Shown: piece after piece, positions 24,458 to 32,465 of the stretch | Layout: each line of letters begins with the position of its first letter | Position numbering within the stretch: position 1 is the stretch's first letter | NCBI RefSeq assembly: GCF_006345805.1 | Contig: NW_021829630.1 | Location: 1-32,465 of the forward strand | Origin: Octopus sinensis | Lineage: Eukaryota | Direction of reading: 5' to 3' | Length of the DNA: 32,465 bases | The notes under the pieces: model-generated | Seen by the model: only the letters and a program-made list of their open reading frames with translations | Databases searched by the model: none | Told to the model about the DNA's origin: nothing | Translations under genes and position numbers: made by a program

Positions 24458-26268
24458 CGCTCTTCGTCTTGCTAACTGAATAAAACTGTTTTGCTAAGGC
24501 GTTTTAATAAAACCGAAACGTGTCAATAACTTTTGCCAGTTGATTTCAAAAATCAGTACCACTGCGATACGCATTGCCTATATTGTTAAAAAAATTAAAA
24601 AAAAAAAAAAAAAAAGGAAACATCTGATCAACTTGTCTTGTTAGTGTTATTTCCCTTCTTTCATGTTTTTAGATTCAGAACTTTCTAGAAAATGTTGAAG
24701 GAAACTTTTCAACTTATTGAAAATACGGCTCCTACAGTAATTTTATTTAGTAAGCAGAAAAGCCTCTCGAGGTATTTTCTCTTAACTACAGTTTTGAATA
24801 GTTTTTTTAATACTCTTGGCTTTGAATGTAATAGTTATGACGTAAAAAAATTTTGCCGAACGAACATATTTCATTGCGATAGCAATACAGATGCCGTTAT
24901 TTTGTCTCTATATTTAACGCAGGCAAAAAAAAAAAAAGAAGAAAAGATCGAAGAAGGTCACTGTATGAACCAAGTGCTTGAATAAGAAACTATATCTTTC
25001 CATTGTATTGCTTGAAAAGAAAGAGACATACAGCAGTAATGCATTTTGGAAAAATATCAACCACATTTTCATAAGGAGATACGATTATAGCAAGGTGAAT
25101 AGCTAATTGATATTCATAAACATAAAAAATTTCATAAACATACAAAAATATTTAGATGAGTCATCTTTTAGAAAAAAAAAATTTGTATACCATACATACA
25201 TTTTTAATTAATTTTCATTTCACTTTTTCACAAGTTACTCTAATTTTTTTTTTATTGCTTGACGGGTAAAATAGGTTTTACCTTATTGCCTAATCTCCAG
25301 AAAGTTAGGGAAAACAAAACAATAATAAATCAATGAGCTTGTTCTGTTCTATAAACTGCTGGAAGTAGCAGAATTGTTTAGAAGGAGTCTTCATTAAGAG
25401 CAAGAAAGGGAATGAGAAAAAGACGGGCAGATAAATAGATAGATAGATAGAAAGGGGATGGAGAGAGAAAGAGAGCGAGAGAGGAGCTGTTGGTGAGTAG
25501 TTTGGGGGAACAATAAGGAAAGCTGGAAGCTAGTTCAGCTTCTAGGCTTGTCATTAACAATACTGTATGAGATGATAATTAAGTTTTATGATGGAATCTT
25601 AAAAAAGAAACTCATTAACAACGGCAAATTAGCAAGAAAAACAGAAAGCAAAATGAATGCGTAAATACTAAATACTAATAAAGCAAAAATATTATAAATA
25701 AATAATGATAGAAGAATTGTTTTAAAAGGGATTTGCTGGAAGATTAATTGAAGTTCACGGAGTGCTAATGATTATACGAAATATTTAAAACACTTGTCTA
25801 TAAGACAAAATGATAGTCAATATTGAATTCGTATTAAAGAAAACTGAATATTTATAGCAACAAAAAGTAAAATAGATTTGGGTGAATTATGGATTGATTT
25901 TTCTGACCATGAAAATGAATTTACGAATAACTAAACGGGGACAAGAAAATTGAATATAAGTCTTCATAAACGTGTAAAAAATATCAAGACAGAATATAAT
26001 AATTCCTAACACCCCCCACCTTCATTTGTAGTATTTCTGTTTCTGCTAGTATCGCTCGAAATCTGTGTCTTTCTCTATTTTGTTCTGCCAACTTGTTTTT
26101 CTATGAACGTCGCTCTAGTGATACATTTATATTTCTTTGTCATGAAATACTTCTTGAGGAAAAAATTATATGTATGCGGATTGTGTGCTTGTATACGAGT
26201 GTGTTTCTGGTAGATACATATATACATATACTCATGCATATGCGTATATATATATATATATATATGTG

Positions 26269-26305
<37 letters not shown>

Positions 26306-27564
26306 GCACGCACGCATGTGGTCAGTCTTGTGGAGAGACAATGAAGAAGAGGTGAATGGATCGGACTACATTATGTTTGGTCATAATTCAGAATGAAAAT
26401 CAATACCGAGATAATTTTAATTCAGCATTTCACCCTTAAAGATCATATCCACTCACTGAACAAATCACCCATTTAAAGTGGTTGAGTGAAAATCTATCGG
26501 GGGACAGTTCTGTATTGTAACTACTCGTAGGCAGAGTTTCCTTTACGTACTATAATTAATTGAAAAGCTTCGATTAATTGAGCTCAATGTGATTTTGGCT
26601 ATATCTGTACCTGGGTTCAACAAAAGGAATGCATTCACTAAGTTTCACTCATATATTAGTATCGCCAAATTGTTATTAACTTTACTTCCTGCACTTAGGC
26701 TATTTTTCACTCATATCTCAAAATCAGTTTTAATTTTTTTCTTATTACACATGAAACACTTTTAACGGGAATATATTTGACTTATTTTCTCTCTACCCTT
26801 ATAATACACTGCAGCTGAACTATATCAACAATAACAGGCTGAGAAGCAAGTCAAAGTTAGAGAAAATACTTATTAACTAGCTTTTACAAGAAGATAAGCT
26901 TTACAAACTTACGAAAATTAGTATATGCTCATATTTTTCTTATCTATAATGTATTAACATTTCTTCGCAAAGAATTAAAGTGCATACATCCTCAATACCA
27001 TAGAATATACCAACATTACTCGCGAAAACTGTAGTAACTTTATACCAACTTTTATAGTATAGCTGATACACTGTCTCACATATTACAGCTATGGAAATGA
27101 ACATCAACATTTAAAATTTTAATACGATGACAAGAGATTTACTAAACAAAGGTATTCAAAACGCCATAAAGTATACATGGCGGTTCTGAAACCTTAAATG
27201 CATGAATAATTCCCATTCTTCTGGAAAATGTTAATCTAACACGGTTAACTTTTCTTTGACTTTTTCTATAAGACGAAATAACACAAACATCTCGTTAAAA
27301 AACCGCAACCGCCCAGAACTCACAATCGTCTGTTTCTCTTGTTTCAAATGAGTTATGGTTTATTTCAATTTAAAATACTGTGGGTTGATATGAGTGATAG
27401 AACGACCCCTAAATACTTTACCGGCATTCTTTTGATTTCTTTCTAGATCGCTTCCTCCTTCCGAGTGTGAATGAAATAAGTACCAAAAAAGTGATATTTT
27501 ACCAGAGATATGATTTCGTATTGAATTAAGAAAAGCAGTAGCAGCAGGCTACCAACATAATCTT

Positions 27565-27607
27565 TAAATATATATATGTATGTATGTGTGGTATATATAT
27601 ATGTGTG

Positions 27608-27664
<57 letters not shown>

Positions 27665-27810
27665 GTGTGTGTGTGTATATATATGTTTCCCTTCTTTCCT
27701 GAGCGTCAATAATACTTTAATTGTTCCACGTCCTGCGTTGCTGTGTTTTTTTTTCTCTTTTTTTCTGTGTTTTCTTGTTTGGATTAACTTTATATATATA
27801 TATATATATA

Positions 27811-27878
<68 letters not shown>

Positions 27879-27905
27879 GATATATTATATATATATATTA
27901 TATAT

Positions 27906-27950
<45 letters not shown>
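27565..27950. repeat. (TA)n/(TG)n microsatellite blocks
   Basis: Seen directly. Confidence 0.96.
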
Positions 27951-29565
27951 GCAGAGTTCTTGGCGGCATTGTCAGTCTTCAGAAAATACTTTATAAGCTC
28001 TCTGTCAGTACCCAGGCTAACAATATTGTTTAGATTAGTAAAGAATTTTCAAATGCTATTAACAATGTGCTGCTAAAACCTGGCACGGGAACAAGTATTG
28101 ATGTAGCAGACATTGTATTTCATGATTCTAGATTTAATGAATAGAAACATCAGATATTACAGTGATGATGATTTAATCGAACATGAGCAGTGCATCTGAT
28201 ACTACCACGGGGTTTAGAAGTAACAGCCGAATTTACCTGAAATTACAACATTACTGTCTTAAAAGAATGGAAGGTTACGTTGCAACATCTATCAGAAGAA
28301 AAAAACATCAACAGCTCTGATTTCCGCGTTGTAAAATAAATCAATATTGTTATATATAAATATAATAGGCTTAGTAGGAGCGATTCCAATTCCCGCGCCA
28401 TTGTGGACTAAGAGGAAAGAAAAAAAATCCTGCCAAAGTGAGAACTTCCGAAGCGTCAAAAATTCTTCTTCTAAAAGAAATATAAAAATAATTGTGCAAA
28501 AAATTGTCTAGGTAATATAGAAAAGATTACATCGGCATCGATGTAAATGCTCTAAAAAAACTAATAAAACTAAACAACAGATTGGCAGAAAATATTAAGA
28601 AAATATATCTTATATATCTTTCAATTTATTATAAATTGAAAAATGAACTTTTTAAAAAGATATTAAATTGTTTTCCCTTTGCTTCATTACACGACATTCA
28701 GAAACTAAACTACTCAATCACTGCTTTAATTTTTGTTTCTTACTAAAAATATCGATATTTGTAATACTCATAAAAACAAGAAGAGTTTTAGGAATACAAT
28801 CCAAAAATTTAAAAAAATCAATTTTAAAAATATCGTTTTCAAATATAGTGTTACATTTTGGGTTCACACAGAATTTTGACAGATGAGAGTACAATGAACA
28901 TGCACGGTTGAGGCGAATTTCTCTTCTTTGTCTTCTGAGTTCGTGTCTTCTTTCACTCGCAACATCTGTGTACATCTATCTATCCCTCTCTCAGTTACTT
29001 CGTTATATATATACATATATACATATACATATACATATAAATATATATATATATATAAATATATATATATGTAGGATGGGGACATACCCACTCTAAAACA
29101 TACACATCAGTCCATACATTCATACATACACATAGGAACAAGTGTCGCAGTGTAGTAAGAAGTTTGCTTCGTAACCAAGTAGTACGAAAATTTTATAATT
29201 TTCCTCTTTGATTTATGACTGGCAATTTGTTTTGATGATGTTAAAAATGTTTTGGTGATGCGGATTGTGTGTTACTGGAAATGGAATTGTGTTCCGTTCA
29301 TGGCTTCGTCTTTTTCGTGTTGCCCTAAGTTATACTATCGGTACTCTTTTGCTCGTTGTATGTTATATTTTCTATTAGTAGGAGAGTTCTATAATTACTC
29401 TATGTGGGTAAGCGCTAATTTAACTTTATGAGCATTAAAAAATATATATTTTTTTAACGCTAAATACCATATAAAAGAAAACGTGAAAACCAGACCAGGT
29501 TTTAACTTTATTGAACTAATATATAATATATATATATATATATAATATATATTATATATATATAT

Positions 29566-29780
29566 ATTTCATTTGGGATTAGGTTTGCAAGATTCTTTAT
29601 ATGAGTTCATGTGTTAAAGCATATTCTGTTGTGTCTGGGGAGAGTCAAGACTACTGAAAATGTTGCAAGACGCAACGAAAACTTTAGGAAAATAAAAATA
29701 AGAAATAAGTGGAAATTTTATCGGTGAGTGTGTTAAATTATAAGACACAAAAAGAAAATGACTCTCCCCAGACACAACAG
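29566..29780. mobile_element. Short (TA)n-flanked element with a perfect 22-bp inverted repeat (29626-29647 / 29759-29780) enclosing a decayed hammerhead-like motif (29651-29687, +)
   Basis: CTGTTGTGTCTGGGGAGAGTCA / TGACTCTCCCCAGACACAACAG, with inner CTA-CTGAAAA-T-GTTGC-aagac-GCAAC-GAAA-actt-TAG. A Penelope origin is inferred. Confidence 0.6.
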
Positions 29781-29983
29781 TATATATATATATATATATA
29801 TAGTTGAGGTGTATTCCGTTAAGAATGTATTAGAGTGTAAAACAGAATTCGTTCACCCTTATTACCTGGCAGAATTAAGGTATACTACCAATTCAAGGTT
29901 TAGTCATTCCTCGTGTGTGAAAAATAAAAATGAAAGAATAGAGTCAAAAGTAAGAGGGAGTACGATTCGACAGCTATTTAATG

Positions 29984-30084
29984 ACCACTACACATGTTTC
30001 CATACAACATAGATACAGGATTTAAATTTAGATAACTAACGGTTTACCTGTATAACAGGACTTAGTTGTATCTCCTCAGATGAT
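29984..30084 (-). ncRNA. Type-I hammerhead-ribozyme-like motif, one mismatch from canonical
   Basis: ATCAT-CTGAGGA-GATACAAC-[56 nt]-GTTGTATG-GAA-AC-ATGT-GT-A-GTGGT. The core is intact, the site is GUA, stem II has 7 bp with a G.G mismatch at 10.1-11.1, and stem I is 5 bp with two G-U pairs. Confidence 0.7.
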
Positions 30085-30211
30085 ATAAAATCGCTGTCTC
30101 CTTAAGTAAATGTTTGATTTCGATGCTATCACATCCAACCCAGACAGCATCGAAATCAGACATTTACTTATGGAGACAGCGATTTTATATCACCTGAGGA
30201 GATACAACTAA
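30062..30211. repeat. Inverted repeat: 66-bp arms (30062-30127 / 30146-30211), 63/66 identical, 18-nt spacer
   Basis: Aligned by eye; three substitutions. Confidence 0.95.
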
Positions 30212-30765
30212 TTTTGGTGCCTTGGTTGTTATAAATGGATTTAACTTTTCCTTCCACGGCTCTGACACGATACTTGATTTCTGTTCGACCATTGTCATAG
30301 TTCGCTGATACCTGTGCTTCATAAACAACGGTGGATATACCGCATTTCTGCCAGAAAGAACATCTAGATTTGTCTCTACATATGTATCCAGGGAAGGCTT
30401 GAGTCGTCGGTTGCTTATTGATAAATGTCTTAATATTGGTAAGGGTGGGGACAAGAAAAGGCAATTTAATTGTGTAACTGTTAAAGATTTTACTGTATTT
30501 GTGGGCTCTAGGCAATTGGATATCTACTAAGTGCAAGAATCTTCTACCTACATTTGTCTTAACATTAAGTGAAAAGGGGAAGGCGAGTCCATAAACTAAT
30601 TCTTCTGACCAGATGATAAAGGGGGTCGGGGAGGGGTTGTAGAACATTTTATCAGTAAAGCCACTATCCTGCAGATTCTTTTCTAATATTTCTTCAGATG
30701 AAGAAAGACATGTGATTCTTCGGCTAATGTTTGGAATTAAGTCTATAAAAACATATCTCAACTTA
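30212..30765 (-). pseudogene. Penelope-like element ORF fragment (RT thumb/linker to GIY-YIG endonuclease)
   Basis: IPNISRRITCLSSSEE...SGF; PFSLNVKTNVGRRFLHLVDIQLPRAHKYSKIFNSYTIKL; CRDKSRC...KC...VVYEAQV match the established Penelope pattern PFS.NV.TN.G..FL.L...HFP..H...KIFN..T.KLSY / CNC....CPL...C....VVY. Confidence 0.88.
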
Positions 30766-31519
30766 TCGTTAGTATTGTGGATGGGCTTATAAGAATTAGT
30801 TATTACGTTGTTTCACGGTGTATGAGTTGTGCCCGGCTATATTATCCTTCATATCGAGCCACAATTTGCAACGTAGGAAAATGAGCATTAATTATGCACT
30901 GTGGACTTTTAAATAATTTTTTCAGAGCCTAATTAGCATGTTTTACCCTATTATGCATACACTTTTGATAGATTTTCATTCATATCTAACATTGTATAAT
31001 TTATGTTGATGCATTTAAAAATGGGATCAATATGTTCATCGGAAAGCTTCCATAACGGTGCCCCAGTATGGCCAAGGTGCAAAACTGAAACATATACAAC
31101 ATGTACAACATATATATGACTGTATGGTGAAGTAATTATTTCAACTTCTGTTTCATATTCTTATTCAACATTTCAGTAGACACGAACATTTTTGTAACTG
31201 TTCATAACCCCTATCCATCATTTTTGTTGCAAATAAATGACGGAAACTTGCTTAAATATAGACAACTCTCAAAAGAAAACTGCTTCCGTTCAATGTGTTT
31301 ACTTTAGTTCTATGTCAATTTCTTACATTTCCATCCGCATTCAACCGATCCATATATTCTTTATTAATATGATCTCAATGAAATTTCTTTATACACTTAA
31401 GTACATGCACATGAAACGCACATTCTTCAAATAATGCATACATACATGCATACCATTTATACGAAATAGATGTATTTATGCATGTGTGTGTGTGCGAGAG
31501 GAGAGAGAGAATATGTGTG

Positions 31520-31588
31520 CGTGCTTATGTGCGTTTATATATATATATGTATATATCTACATATATTCATACATACATTCATTTAACA

Positions 31589-31624
<36 letters not shown>

Positions 31625-31633
31625 TACATATAT

Positions 31634-31730
<97 letters not shown>
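31520..31730. repeat. (TACA)n/(TA)n microsatellite
   Basis: Seen directly. Confidence 0.97.
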
Positions 31731-31731
<1 letters not shown>

Positions 31732-32160
31732 ATACACGCACGTATATGTACATACATATGGAAACACGCATGCACCTATACGATCGCACAATCCCCGTAT
31801 ATTTCGTCAAATCAATTAAATAAGTTTTGCTGATTTCCCTTGTGACTCACTGAAGCTTTCAGTGTTTAATATGTGTGTATGTGTGTGTGTGTGTTTGTGT
31901 ATATATGTGCGTGTGTGTGTGTACATCAGTATGAATGTAGGTAGCTATGTATATCTAAAAAGGTGCCCATGACTTCAGTAATCCTTCAACTTTGTTGTTC
32001 GATGGTTCTTTCTACCTACATATTGAGATCCGTGTTCAGTTAATGTTTTCATTCTCATAACATAAACCATTTCCATTAATGTGTGTATGAGCATGTATCT
32101 ATGTATGGAAACTTGTTAGTATATTATATATATAATATATATATATATATATTATGTTTA

Positions 32161-32192
<32 letters not shown>

Positions 32193-32196
<4 letters not shown>

Positions 32197-32332
32197 CGCA
32201 AGAGTGACTGTGTGGTAAGTAGCTTGCTTACCAATCACATGTTTAGTCCACACGTGGCACCTTGGGCAAGTGTCTTTTACTGTAGTCACTGGCCAACCAA
32301 AAGCCTTGCGAGCAGGAAGAAGCCTGCCGTAT
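32193..32332 (+). mobile_element. SINE family A, 5' half
   Basis: GAGTGACTGTGTGGTAAGTAGCTTGCTTACCAATCAC...GGCACCTTGGGCAAGTGTC. Confidence 0.85.
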
Positions 32333-32384
32333 ACATACACACACACACAATATATATATATAATAAATATATATATATATAACC

Positions 32385-32433
<49 letters not shown>

Positions 32434-32465
32434 ATGTGTGTGTATGTATATGTATGTGTATTTGT

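Noticed and set aside
24475-24530. CTGAATA...CCGAAACGTGTC hammerhead-like string
   Set aside because: G8 is missing and neither stem I nor stem II pairs.
22494-27530. Several further AG/GT-bounded open stretches (22494-22530, ~24001-24123, ~26814-27030, ~27446-27530)
   Set aside because: Each has only one good splice site, and they do not chain into a coherent protein.

Overview
This is AT-rich, microsatellite-dense eukaryotic DNA. The SINE families and repeat landscape look like an octopus or other coleoid cephalopod; this is an inference from recalled repeat motifs, not a database result. Nearly all ORFs in the supplied track are translations of simple repeats. The window is mostly transposon debris: about ten tRNA-derived SINE copies from three families, a 5'-truncated R4/Dong-type LINE (RT plus restriction-like endonuclease) with a (TAA)n tail, fragments of HERO-like and CR1/L2-like LINEs, a 402-bp non-autonomous Helitron with intact ends, and a Penelope-like RT-thumb/GIY-YIG fragment. 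The most notable unannotated signal is a set of minimal type-I hammerhead-ribozyme-like motifs at 14448-14539(-), 17376-17420(-), 17691-17735(-), 29651-29687(+) and 29984-30084(-). Four of the five lie in short tandem or fold-back elements in or beside (TA)n tracts, including a near-identical ~315-bp tandem pair resembling a retrozyme or Penelope terminal repeat. Every copy has one or more lesions, so activity is not claimed. No host gene is confidently identified; a few candidate exons (5162-5200+, 11572-11755+, 989-1058-) are reported at low confidence. No rRNA, true tRNA gene or CRISPR array was seen.
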